A DNA stretch of 38,192 nucleotides from Candidatus Heimdallarchaeota archaeon. GTDB taxonomy: Archaea > Asgardarchaeota > Heimdallarchaeia > Heimdallarchaeales > Heimdallarchaeaceae. Under the pieces are notes generated by a model that saw nothing but the letters and a program-made list of their open reading frames with translations, was not told the origin of the DNA and did not search any database. The stretch lies in contig JABCTC010000034.1 of assembly GCA_018238545.1 (NCBI GenBank), positions 1 to 38,192 on the forward strand, written 5' to 3'. Numbering within the stretch: the stretch's first letter is position 1; each line of letters begins with the position of its first letter. Positions 1 to 10,000 of this stretch are shown here, one piece after another. Both the position numbers and the translations under genes were made by a program.

Positions 1-90
1 TGAGTGAGATTGCTTTGAATACATCAGTTAATCAAGGTTCACAGATTGAGGGTAATACAGATATGATTGAGAGCTTGGATGATAAGGTCA
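1..90. repeat. Terminal direct repeat (copy 1); circularisation overlap
   Basis: nt 1-55 are identical to 38103-38157. nt 56-90 match 38158-38192 with 5 mismatches. Confidence 0.95.
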
Positions 91-251
91 AGCATATAGA
101 GGGCGGAACTGCTACTGGAAGTGCAACGGTCACATTTGATACAGCTTTTGCAATAGCACCAGCAGTAATGCCATCAGATGTAACTTCAATAACAACAACA
201 GGATTCACTATGAACGGTTCAGGAGGTGATTGGATTGCTACGGAGAAATAG
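1..251 (+). CDS. C-terminal end of the tail fibre/receptor-binding protein that starts at 35033 (wraps the origin)
   Basis: ORF 15..251 is in frame with the ORF from 35033 across the terminal overlap. It ends in a ..VTFDTAFAIAPAV..TTTGFT.. segment resembling gp53/H-lectin-like fibre tips. Confidence 0.8.
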   Translation, partial: SEIALNTSVNQGSQIEGNTDMIESLDDKVKHIEGGTATGSATVTFDTAFAIAPAVMPSDVTSITTTGFTMNGSGGDWIATEK

Positions 252-594
252 AATAAAAGGAAGTAAGGCGACAACATATCACAATTTTGAATTTGGATTC
301 AACGAAGAAACGAATATCCTCTCTATAAGTGGGGGGGAATATTGGCAAAACGGAGAATTAATGTTTGAAGATGTACCATTATTTGATATAGACACTAATG
401 AACCTTTGCTAAATGAAACAGGGGTAGATATTCAACTCGAAGTAGGCAAGGAGTACAGAATATATCTAGTGCAAAATGGGGCAGAGGTCTATATCGCAGA
501 CACTATTCAAAACCTAGACAGTCCAACTACGCCATTGATGTTGTTGGCATGTGGAAACATTGACGAACTCTTTGTGAACGAGGTGATGAAATGA
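226..594 (+). CDS. Hypothetical protein, probably tail-fibre associated
   Basis: 122-aa ORF with GGAGG upstream, directly after the fibre gene; acidic and beta-rich. Confidence 0.5.
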   Translation: MIGLLRRNRIKGSKATTYHNFEFGFNEETNILSISGGEYWQNGELMFEDVPLFDIDTNEPLLNETGVDIQLEVGKEYRIYLVQNGAEVYIADTIQNLDSPTTPLMLLACGNIDELFVNEVMK

Positions 595-725
595 ATGTAA
601 TAATCAAACCTCAAAAGGTGTTGACAGAGAAAGAACTCAAATTAAAAGAGTTTAAAGAAGCAGACAAAACTAAAATGACAGTGAAAGAACTGGCAGAAGT
701 AGTCGCTTTGTTAGTGGGTGATTAG
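591..725 (+). CDS. Small hypothetical protein (44 aa, MNVIIKPQKVLTEKELKL...VVALLVGD), possible fibre chaperone
   Basis: Not in the ORF track. GAGGTG RBS, ATGA overlap with the upstream stop, and stop immediately before the next ATG. Confidence 0.6.
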   Translation: MNVIIKPQKVLTEKELKLKEFKEADKTKMTVKELAEVVALLVGD

Positions 726-1124
726 ATGGAAAATTTATTAATGTGGTCGATTTTTCTAGGTATATTAATATCGCTGGTCATACTGGCAAAATACTTGAAA
801 GAGTTTTATGACTACTATGAGAACTGCAAAGATAAGAAGCAACAAGCGATATACAATGCTTGTCCTATCGGAATAAGTGTTGAAGAAAAGATGGATGATT
901 TAATATATAAACAAGATAGGTCTTGGGAACGTGGAACTAAAAGAATAGAGAGACAAAAGATTGATGATGAAATCAAAGATGTTCAATCAGATGCCATATC
1001 AATTCTTTTGAGATTTGCAGATGCAGACGATACTTTAAATGGCGAGGTTAAATCCACAATCAAGAAATTCTCAAAGTTGAAAGAGAAGAAAGCAGAGTTC
1101 GTTAGAAATGAGTTGATAGAATGA
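726..1124 (+). CDS. Membrane protein with one N-terminal TM helix, holin-like/lysis accessory
   Basis: Hydrophobic LLMWSIFLGILISLVILA segment; lies immediately upstream of two cell-wall enzymes. Confidence 0.5.
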   Translation: MENLLMWSIFLGILISLVILAKYLKEFYDYYENCKDKKQQAIYNACPIGISVEEKMDDLIYKQDRSWERGTKRIERQKIDDEIKDVQSDAISILLRFADADDTLNGEVKSTIKKFSKLKEKKAEFVRNELIE

Positions 1125-1936
1125 AATACTGGCAAACTAGAATATCCAGAGCATATACAAGAGAACTTCAAGAGAAACTGAATTTTGTAATGAGATTGAA
1201 ACTGATCACAGATGGGATTTATGGTAGAAATACTCGTAACGCAGTTAAACTGTTTCAAACCGAATTCCACTTAATTTCAGATGGTAAATGCGGAACTAAC
1301 ACTTGGAGAAAACTAAATCACTTGTTCTATCAAACATATGAGGGTTACATTGAACTAAGGCGAAACAAGGCTAACGTTCATATCTATTTCAATAAAAATG
1401 CCCCCACGCTCGAATATGGAGTTGTGGGGAAACGTGAGAAACTTTCGCAAATGGCTAAAAAATACGAATGGATAACTAATTGTGGATACTTCAACTTTGG
1501 AGATAGCAAAAGCGAGAACATTCAAAGTGAACACTATCTTTATTATGATGGTGAAACTATTAAAAAAGGTATTCAAGAAGATTATATCTGCAATGGTTCG
1601 TTTGCTGTTACGATTGACGAAATAATGTATAATGGAAATATAGTATTTAACGTTTATAATTTCCCTAATCTTTTACCTTTTAGCAGGCAACCTAGAACGT
1701 TGATAGGAAACAATAAAAGAAGATTCGTTTCGATCGTGATTGATGGCAGAAGCCGATTAAGTAAAGGTTTTGGAATGACAGAACTTATAGAACTATCTAA
1801 AGAATTAAAATGTACCAATCTACTTAATCTTGATGGCGGTGGTTCTTCTGAATGTATTTACAACGGAAAGATAACAAATAAGCCATCAGATGGGCGAGAG
1901 AGAGCGATAGGCACAGGAGTGGGGTGGAAAATATGA
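1121..1936 (+). CDS. Peptidoglycan-binding domain + phosphodiester glycosidase (NAGPA-family) protein
   Basis: N-terminal ELQEKLN..DGIYGRNTRNAVKLFQ..DGKCGTNTW (PG_binding_1 pattern). C-terminal PRTLIG, IDGR and NLDGGGSS NAGPA motifs. No signal peptide. Confidence 0.85.
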   Translation: MKYWQTRISRAYTRELQEKLNFVMRLKLITDGIYGRNTRNAVKLFQTEFHLISDGKCGTNTWRKLNHLFYQTYEGYIELRRNKANVHIYFNKNAPTLEYGVVGKREKLSQMAKKYEWITNCGYFNFGDSKSENIQSEHYLYYDGETIKKGIQEDYICNGSFAVTIDEIMYNGNIVFNVYNFPNLLPFSRQPRTLIGNNKRRFVSIVIDGRSRLSKGFGMTELIELSKELKCTNLLNLDGGGSSECIYNGKITNKPSDGRERAIGTGVGWKI

Positions 1937-2304
1937 CAAATGTATTATTTGATTTAGAATACGATATTATAAAAAATGGTAACTTTAAATGGAAAGAGTT
2001 TGTTTGTAAAGATGGTTCTTTGAAAATTAATAAAGGCACATATCTGTTATTCGAAAGACTTCAAATCTTGCGGAATATAATAGGTGTTATAACAATTGAA
2101 TCGGGTTATAGAAGTCCTGAATATAACTCAAATTTAAAAGATGCAAGTCCGATATCTAGGCATATGGACGCACATGCTGTAGATGTAAATTGGAACACAA
2201 AGGTATGGAGTATTAACATGGTGTCTCTAATTGCCGAAGGGTTGGGATTGTATGTTATCAAATATCCATGGGGGTTACATCTTGATGTAAGGGAGTTGAT
2301 CTAA
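1933..2304 (+). CDS. Peptidase M15 (Zn D-Ala-D-Ala peptidase-like) endolysin
   Basis: SGYRSPEYN, SRHMDAHAVD (SxH..D) and LHLDVR motifs. Start at ATG 1933 overlaps the upstream stop. Confidence 0.85.
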   Translation: MTNVLFDLEYDIIKNGNFKWKEFVCKDGSLKINKGTYLLFERLQILRNIIGVITIESGYRSPEYNSNLKDASPISRHMDAHAVDVNWNTKVWSINMVSLIAEGLGLYVIKYPWGLHLDVRELI

Positions 2305-3737
2305 TGTTAGTCAAATTACCTTTTCCCGAAGAGGGGAGAAGCGACAAAGAAACAATACAAAACCTATATGATGTAGTTCTAAGACTCAGGAAAGAACTTG
2401 AATACCAGATGGCTCATTTAGATTCTGAAAATGTAACATCTTTAGATGCGGATATAACAGAAATTAAAAATCTCAAAGCAGAACAGATTTTTACAAATAT
2501 AATAACTTCCATTACCGCTATAACTGATGTATTGTATGCACAAGAGGGTAGAATCGCAAGATTGACGGTTGACCATCTTTTAACTGAAGATGTTTTAGAT
2601 GGTAATGCAACGATGTATTACATTGATATAGAGGACCAATACATTAAGTTTATAACAGCTGTTAGAAACGATGCGTTACCACAAATTCAATACACAACGG
2701 AAAATGATGAACTTCTTTATTGGGATTCGGCGGCACATGAATATTTGACAACGCTTGTTACAGATTACCCAACTATGGTTTATCAGTATGACAGGTACGA
2801 CAAAATGAAACTTTTCTTTGATGAAACCAGACACATGGGTGTTCCTTATATTGGAATGGGGATAGGAGACGGAGTAACTGAAATGTCCGGCAAGTTTGAA
2901 ATGGTTAAAGATATTGACGGTCTGATGACGAATTATTATGAACGAACTACAGGAGAACTGCGACAAATAAAAATAGGTGATTATGGTATTGAAATTAGCG
3001 CAGCCGCCGAAACAGGCGATACCACAAACTTAACTATAGGTTTATTTGCTTTATATCAATGGCAGGATAAAGATTTTCTCCACGAATATAATGTTGTTCT
3101 TGGTTCCAGTGCTATGTATAGTCCAGATGCTAACACTTATTCAAATGTAGCTGTAGGCGAATATGCTTTTTATTCGTTTGGGCATACATATCTTACATGG
3201 ATATCGGGTAATATTGCTATTGGTTTATCTGCTGGGGAAAATGCTTATGGGGACATATATGTTGGTTTAGAGATGTTTAATAATATATTTATGGGTGTTA
3301 GAGCTGGGCGTTCTTCTCAATGTAATAGTTCTATTGCAATTGGTAAAGAAGCATTGGATTCTTGTGGAATTTTATCACAATCAGAACCCACTCTTGATGT
3401 AATCGCCATTGGTAATTATGCTGGGGATACTCAAAAAGGATCTAAAAATATATTTATAGGGCATACAGCTGGTAAATATGTAAATTCTAACGATAATTTG
3501 GTAATTGGAAATCAAATAGGGAATGATATCACAACAGCTCTAATTAATGGGGAAATGGGTAGTGTCAAAGCGGATCAAAGATTTCAAATAAACGGTCAAT
3601 TAAGACTATCTCTCAACAAAACCCCAGCGAGTGCAACAGCTACAGGAACAAAGGGTGATGTTGCTTGGGATTCCGATTATATATATATTTGCGTTGCTAC
3701 TGATACATGGAAGAGAACGGCTCTTTCCACTTGGTAA
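2304..3737 (+). CDS. Tail spike/fibre protein with YadA-like beta-roll repeats
   Basis: Repeats NVAVG/NIAIG/NIFMG/SIAIG/VIAIG/NIFIG/NLVIG. C-terminal TPASATATGTKGDVAWDSDYIYICVATDTWKR motif typical of phage fibres. Confidence 0.7.
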   Translation: MLVKLPFPEEGRSDKETIQNLYDVVLRLRKELEYQMAHLDSENVTSLDADITEIKNLKAEQIFTNIITSITAITDVLYAQEGRIARLTVDHLLTEDVLDGNATMYYIDIEDQYIKFITAVRNDALPQIQYTTENDELLYWDSAAHEYLTTLVTDYPTMVYQYDRYDKMKLFFDETRHMGVPYIGMGIGDGVTEMSGKFEMVKDIDGLMTNYYERTTGELRQIKIGDYGIEISAAAETGDTTNLTIGLFALYQWQDKDFLHEYNVVLGSSAMYSPDANTYSNVAVGEYAFYSFGHTYLTWISGNIAIGLSAGENAYGDIYVGLEMFNNIFMGVRAGRSSQCNSSIAIGKEALDSCGILSQSEPTLDVIAIGNYAGDTQKGSKNIFIGHTAGKYVNSNDNLVIGNQIGNDITTALINGEMGSVKADQRFQINGQLRLSLNKTPASATATGTKGDVAWDSDYIYICVATDTWKRTALSTW

Positions 3738-3751
3738 AAGGGGGATTTGAA

Positions 3752-3994
3752 ATGTCTAAAAAAATCAATACAATAGAATCAATTATCGTAATCGATAAGA
3801 ATTCTTATAAAATCGTAAAAACTATTGAAGAGATTTATGATATCTCGACATTAGAAAGAGAAAAAATGCAATTCAATAGACATAAAGAAGCGTTTCTTTC
3901 ACGTATAAAAAGAGAACAAGAAGGACTTAACGATGCGCAAAAAAACATCGATGAAATAGATTTGAAAATCAAAAAAATCAAGGAAGCGAAGTAG
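3752..3994 (+). CDS. Hypothetical coiled-coil protein
   Basis: AAGGGGG RBS before ATG 3752; charged helical C-terminus. Confidence 0.55.
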   Translation: MSKKINTIESIIVIDKNSYKIVKTIEEIYDISTLEREKMQFNRHKEAFLSRIKREQEGLNDAQKNIDEIDLKIKKIKEAK

Positions 3995-4018
3995 AAGTAT
4001 TAAAAAGGTGGTGACTAA

Positions 4019-4378
4019 ATGAAAACAGTATCAGAAGTTTTAGAAGAAATAAATAAATTTAAACCGAACGCACTTTCGCAAAATGAATTAGTTGGTTTTA
4101 TTGATGATTTAGAGTCTGAAATTGTGTTGAATGTTTTTCTTGAAGATGAATATGTGAACATAACAAGTATGGATAGAGAACTTGTAACTCCGAATCCTTA
4201 CTACAGAATATACAAAGAATATTTAATCGCTATGATAGACAATTACAACGAGGACACCGAGAGTTATTCACTTTCTAGCAGAGTTTTCAATGAAACTATG
4301 AAAGAATTTAACGCATTTGTAAGAAGAAATGATTTAGATGCAGTTTCTTCTACAAGTCAGTTTACAAATTACTTTTAA
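4019..4378 (+). CDS. Putative head-tail adaptor protein
   Basis: 119-aa helical protein (KPNALS..LV.FI.DLE; PY.RIY.EYL.AMID) upstream of the nozzle-like gene, the typical podovirus arrangement. Confidence 0.6.
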   Translation: MKTVSEVLEEINKFKPNALSQNELVGFIDDLESEIVLNVFLEDEYVNITSMDRELVTPNPYYRIYKEYLIAMIDNYNEDTESYSLSSRVFNETMKEFNAFVRRNDLDAVSSTSQFTNYF

Positions 4379-4390
4379 AGGGGTGAGAAT

Positions 4391-5683
4391 ATGAATTTAG
4401 TTTCACCGATTTACACAAAACAAACCAAAAAACAGACAATCGAAACATTTTATGGGCTTAATAAGTCAGAAACTATCAAAGATGGGGAGTTTTCTGAAAT
4501 GGAGAACCTTTGTAGTGATCTTTTTCCTTACACTTATCCTAGAAACCCTAGAAATGTTGTAAGGGAACTGACAAAAGCCAACGGGTATTACATCTATGAA
4601 GGGGTTCATTACTATGTAGATGGTGTTTCATTCTATGTAGACGGTGTTTTAAAAGGAACTGTAACAGATAGCGAGAAACAAATCATAGATTTCAATGATT
4701 ATATTCTCATATTTCCTGATAAAAAAGTATACGATATAGTTGCTGACACTTTTGGAGACATGGCAACAGGAACTTATCCTGATGATACAGACTCCGTACC
4801 TGACATAGACTATGTATCGACTCATATGAATCGTATGTTCGGTATTAAAGATAGAGAAATCTATTCATCAAAACAAGGGCAATATGGAATATGGGCAGAT
4901 TTTAGCGGTCTTTTGACAGATTCATACGCAACAGACATAGAGTCGGGAACTTTCAAAGGTATGGCCACTTATCAAAATCACGTTGTTATGTTTACCGAAA
5001 AGGATATGTACGAATTATATGGCTATAATCCTTCGAATTACCAAGTGCAAAAAACAACTATGCAAGGGCTTGTTAACAATAAGTCGATTGTAGAACTCGA
5101 TTCAAGATTATATTTTGCAAATAAAGAAGGTGTTTATGTATTTGGTGGTGGAATGCCTAGACTTATAAGCAAGAAACTCAACATAGATGAATATTCAGAT
5201 GTGGTCAGTGGTACTGATGGTAAAAAACTATATTGTAGCATCTATGATGGCAACGTGTGGGGATTGTATGTATATGACCCCGAGAAAGACTTGTGGCACT
5301 ACGAAGATGCTTTACAGGTTAATTACTTCGTTAGAGATATAAATATTCTCTATGGGGTGTCTAATAACGATGTGATACAATTCGATTCAGGAACAGAAAC
5401 AATAGAGTGGAGTTTAACTACAAACATTTTATTGGACGAAACTTTGAGAAATAAGAAAATAAATAAAATTAATCTTTTGATGGATATGGATTTCGGTTCT
5501 TCAGTACATGTTTATGCAATTGCTGAAGAAAACGAAACTCTGATAGCAAGTTTTGAATCCAAAATAAACAAGGTTGTGAAACTGCCGGTTTCTTTGAAAT
5601 CGTTTGAAGAATATAAACTTAAAATCAAAGGTATTGGTAATGTTAAAATAAGGGCGATTCAAAGAGTTGTCATTATAAAATAG
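4391..5683 (+). CDS. Putative tail nozzle/stabilisation protein (beta-propeller, P22 gp10-like)
   Basis: FYGLN..DGEFSEMENL N-terminus, repeated beta-strand blades, position between adaptor and ejection proteins. Confidence 0.65.
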   Translation: MNLVSPIYTKQTKKQTIETFYGLNKSETIKDGEFSEMENLCSDLFPYTYPRNPRNVVRELTKANGYYIYEGVHYYVDGVSFYVDGVLKGTVTDSEKQIIDFNDYILIFPDKKVYDIVADTFGDMATGTYPDDTDSVPDIDYVSTHMNRMFGIKDREIYSSKQGQYGIWADFSGLLTDSYATDIESGTFKGMATYQNHVVMFTEKDMYELYGYNPSNYQVQKTTMQGLVNNKSIVELDSRLYFANKEGVYVFGGGMPRLISKKLNIDEYSDVVSGTDGKKLYCSIYDGNVWGLYVYDPEKDLWHYEDALQVNYFVRDINILYGVSNNDVIQFDSGTETIEWSLTTNILLDETLRNKKINKINLLMDMDFGSSVHVYAIAEENETLIASFESKINKVVKLPVSLKSFEEYKLKIKGIGNVKIRAIQRVVIIK

Positions 5684-5697
5684 AAAGGGGAATTATT

Positions 5698-5895
5698 ATG
5701 AAGATTGATTGGAAAGCAAGGTTTAGGAGTTATCCGTTTTATATGGCTGTAATCAGTTTTATTCCATTAACTATGGAAACTTGGGGGATAGGAATATTGC
5801 CTGAAGGATTCAGAGAATGGGCAATGGCATTGTTGGGATTGTTTGTTTTGATTGGAATCGTGGTAAACCCAGCAACTAAAGGTACAAGCGATTAA
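5698..5895 (+). CDS. Phage holin (phiLC3-like)
   Basis: 65 aa; MKIDWKARFRS start, two TM segments, C-terminal GIVVNPATKGTSD. Confidence 0.8.
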   Translation: MKIDWKARFRSYPFYMAVISFIPLTMETWGIGILPEGFREWAMALLGLFVLIGIVVNPATKGTSD

Positions 5896-5900
5896 TAAAT

Positions 5901-5909
5901 GGTATAATA
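5901..5909 (+). promoter_or_regulatory. Extended -10 promoter (TGGTATAAT) for the ejection-protein operon
   Basis: TGn-TATAAT in the intergenic gap upstream of the AGAGAGGTG RBS. Confidence 0.6.
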
Positions 5910-5915
5910 CTAATA

Positions 5916-5941
5916 TAGGCTATCGAAAGGTAGCCTAATTT
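5916..5941 (+). terminator. GAAA-tetraloop hairpin (terminator or 5' stabiliser)
   Basis: TAGGCTATC-GAAA-GGTAGCCTA followed by only a weak U tract. Confidence 0.5.
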
Positions 5942-5957
5942 AGAAAAGAGAGGTGAT

Positions 5958-7040
5958 ATGATGGTTTATGATCCTAATAAGAAAGAGGAAGAGGACCTTT
6001 GGACTAGAAAATTTATTCAAGATTACGGTAGTAAATACGGAATCACAAATACAGACATAGGTTGGGACGATCCCAGTAAATCTGTAATGCTTGGTGGAGA
6101 ATCGGTAATCACACCTACTAGAGTTGAAGAAGGCAAATCTTATGCAAGTGCCGACGCTATGCGACAAGCTATTGACGATTACGCAGTTAGACAAGGGTTA
6201 AGCGAAAAGAAAGACATAGTCAACCCTTACGACCCCAAAAATGATTATTCAACAAAGATAGATGAACTTCTAGGTTCTGTCATGGACGCTAAGAAATTCG
6301 AGTACAATCCCGAAACCGATCCTTTATTCAAAGCGTACCAAAAACAATATGGAATAGCTGGGGATAGGTCTTTAGCGAATACTATGAGCCAAGCTACAGG
6401 AATCACAGGTGGTAGACTTAGTTCGTGGGCAACAAGCGCTGGGCAACAGGCTAAAAGTCTTTATGACCAACAATTAATGAGCAGAGTACCTGAATTAGCC
6501 GGTGCCGCTTACAGCAGAGAACAACAAGAGCTTGCTAATAAAATGGGGCTTATAGGAACTTTAGGTGGACTTGATGAACGTGCATATGGTCGTGGTCGTG
6601 ATGTCATGGCTGATGAAAGATATGCGGATGAAGTCGCTAGAGAATTAGACAGGCAACGCGCTGGCGATGTTAGATATGCAGAAGAAACAGCTTATGGTAG
6701 AGAAAGAGATACAGCTGCCGATTTAAGATATTCAAAAGAATTTGATTATAATAAAACTAGAGATGCCATAAACGACGCAAGATATAAAAAAGAATTCGAC
6801 TACAAAGTTGAACAAGATAAAATTTCAAAAATCTCAAAAGAAACAGAGATTGACGAAGAAACTTTAGGTGCTATGTATTTTGATATGATGAACAGCGAAG
6901 ATCCAACCCAATGGTTGGTGAATGAATCTAAATATATGACAAACGATGAATTGAAAGCGCTTGAAAAATTATTGCCTAAAGAAGCTAGTGATTTGATTGG
7001 TCAAATAATCGCTGGTGCTTATGCAGCTGGATCTGAATAA
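5958..7040 (+). CDS. Putative internal virion (ejection) protein
   Basis: FEYNPETDPLFKAY and Ala/Gly/Gln-rich helical region, ~18-aa R-D..D.RY..E repeats; precedes the giant protein. Confidence 0.6.
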   Translation: MMVYDPNKKEEEDLWTRKFIQDYGSKYGITNTDIGWDDPSKSVMLGGESVITPTRVEEGKSYASADAMRQAIDDYAVRQGLSEKKDIVNPYDPKNDYSTKIDELLGSVMDAKKFEYNPETDPLFKAYQKQYGIAGDRSLANTMSQATGITGGRLSSWATSAGQQAKSLYDQQLMSRVPELAGAAYSREQQELANKMGLIGTLGGLDERAYGRGRDVMADERYADEVARELDRQRAGDVRYAEETAYGRERDTAADLRYSKEFDYNKTRDAINDARYKKEFDYKVEQDKISKISKETEIDEETLGAMYFDMMNSEDPTQWLVNESKYMTNDELKALEKLLPKEASDLIGQIIAGAYAAGSE

Positions 7041-7051
7041 GGAGGTAGGTT

Positions 7052-10000
7052 ATGAAAACTTGGGAAGAAATAAAAAAAGAACGCGAAAAAGAAAATAGAA
7101 GAATTGTAGACCCTACCAAATCAGTGGTTGAAAAGGGTAATGTTTTAACTTCGCCCAAAACTTGGCAACAAATAAAAGAGGGTCGATTAGGTTCTAGTGA
7201 AACTATCGAAGGCATCAGTAGATTCAAAAGAGAATATACAGGTGAAGATACTGCGGCTAGTGTAATGGCAGATAGAATAAAACCTTATGAAGAAAGAATA
7301 AAAGATATTCCGAAAGCTGATTACAAAATTATAGAAGAAGCTATAAAACAAGGCGATAGAACGAGCGATTATTATATGGGTGGAACTTATGATAGACCTA
7401 CTAGCACTCCAACAATCACACCAAGAGAACCAAGAGAGCCTGAACCGTCAATTATAGGTTCTTTTGATAAGCCTATAACTACTCCTACAATTACAGAAGC
7501 TAAACCTCAAAAACCTGTGGAGAGTTGGAAACTTAGTTTATTGGCAAACAAAAGATTTGAAGAAGGCAGAAAAGCGAGATTAGGTCAACCTAACGAATAC
7601 GATAAAATCAATGAAGAATATCAAATAATGGCACAAGAAGTTGGAGAAGTGGGGATTCTAGGGCAAACGGTCGCTATGCTTCCTTATATGGGTGCTACTA
7701 TAGGTGCTGGGGTAAAGGGAGGTCTTGAAGCTTCCATTGCCGCTGGTGGTATGACTGTGTTAGCTGGTCAATTAGGACCGCAAGCGTTAATACCCGAAGA
7801 AGGAATAACCGTTCCTGTTGCTATGGCTACTGGTTACCACGCTGGTTCTATAACCGCTACCGCTCTTAAATCTTTCGAACTCATGTCAGGTCAATCGTAT
7901 GGTGATCTTATCGATATGGGAGTAGACCACGAAACCGCTGCTTCTATATCCGATGTAGTCGGCGCTTTGAATGCTGGAATTGAACTTGTTCAGTTAAACC
8001 AAATTATGAAGCCTTTTATGAAGGGTTTTAATGCGAACGCAGCAACTTTGGTTAGAAGCCAATTAAACAACAAAGGCAAAAGTGCTTTGATGGGATATGT
8101 AAAATCTTTAGGCGCTGAAACTCTTGAAGAGGTTATGCAAGAAGTAGTTAGTATCTACGGCGAGAAAAAAGGTTTAGAAAGTATGGGACAAGATGCTAGA
8201 TGGACTAAAGCGGACACAGGGAGAGTTTTTGAAACTGGTAAAGCTTCAGTGGGACCATTAGGAATTATTCAAGGGATAACCGGATTGGGTGGTAAAGTCA
8301 TCACTCCTAAATCTTATGTTGGTAAACCTACACCTAGTGAAATTGTGTCGCCAAAAGTTGAACCTATCATTAAAAAAGAGGAAAAATTAGAACCTGAGGT
8401 TATTAAAGACCTTGTTGTAGACGAAATTATTCCAGAAAAAGTTGAAACTATAATCAAAAAAATAAAAGACACCAAAGTAGTCGATGATGAAAACAAACCA
8501 AAAATCGTTTACAGAGGCACAATTAGCGAAACGATCGAAGGGGAACAATTAGGAACATATTTTAGTGATAGTCCTGAAATCGCTGAAATGTATGCTGAAG
8601 AAGTAGATTGGCTTGAAAAAGAAGAAGCAACCGTTCACGAAGTAATGTTGGATATAAAAAAACCTTTTGAATTAGATGCTAAAGGGTCGTTGTGGAATGA
8701 ACTATCGTTATCTGATATTTTGGATAAAGGTGTCGATATTGAAAATCTAGAAAAAAAACAAATAAGTGATATGATGGGGAGTCTTAATTATAGTAAAGAA
8801 GAAGCTATAGCAAAAATTAAAATTAATAATAACACTTCTATCCAGAGTATTGCTGAATATGCAAAAGCGAATGGTTTTGACGGTCTAATTATAAACAATG
8901 TTCGTGATGGGAATAACGAAAAAAGCCTTAAAACCCCAAGTACAACATATGCAGTTTTTGAGCAAGAACAAATTTCGTCTGTTAAGACTACGCCTAAAAT
9001 TAGTTTAATGGAAGAAAAAACAAAAGTCGATCAGGAACCTAAAGTAGAACCCACTAAACCAAGTGTTGTAGAAACTAAAGAAGTTAAGCCTGTAGTTAGC
9101 GTGGTAGAGGAAGAAAAAGTTATCACTGCCGAACCATCAATTAAGAAAGATATCAAACAAAATTCATTCACCAAACTAGCCGACAAATATATCGGTGCAA
9201 CGGCACAAATAGAAGCTGACGAACAAGCACTTAGGGGTGAAGAATTTGCAATCGATTATTTAGAACCTGTTTATGATGAAATAGATCGCAGAGTAAACAA
9301 AGCTGATATATCATCTGAAGATGCTAATTCGTTCTATAATAAACTTGTTGATAGATTAGGTAAAACAGAAGCGGATAACGTTATGTTTGAAACCGGACTT
9401 TATGAATTTACAAAAGTAGAAAAGTCCATTGTTAAAGAAGCAGAAAAACCAACCCTAGTAAATAACCGAGATAATATGTCTTTTGTCAGAGACGAAGAAC
9501 CCTTTACAATCACAAGAGGTAAAGAATACAACTATAAAGGCACAACAGTTAAAGAAAACGTCGTTAAAATAATTGGTATTTCACACGCCAAGAATCAAGT
9601 TAAATATATTGTTAGAGGTAAAAAAGGCGAGTTCTGGGTTGATAAAGGGTTTATCTATCCACAAGTTGTTGATAAAGTTGTGGAGAAACCAAAAGATGCC
9701 ACTAAATTGTCAAGTGTTGTAGAAGCAGAAAATAAGAAACAAGAAGCAAAGATGAAGAAGGATTTAGAAAAGAAAAAAGTAAAATTTGAAAAAGGTTTAG
9801 ATTTGAGATTAAAATTCAGAACCGACAAGTTATCTTTAACAGATGGTGAATATAAACAATACAAAGAATTTGTAAAGTCTGAGTTGAACAGGTCTGATGA
9901 ATTAATATCAAGAGATGTCGTAGCATATAAAGACGAATTAAAATACAAAATAGACCAAGCAATGGAATCTAAAAAGTCTAGAGAAGAATCATTTTCTAAG

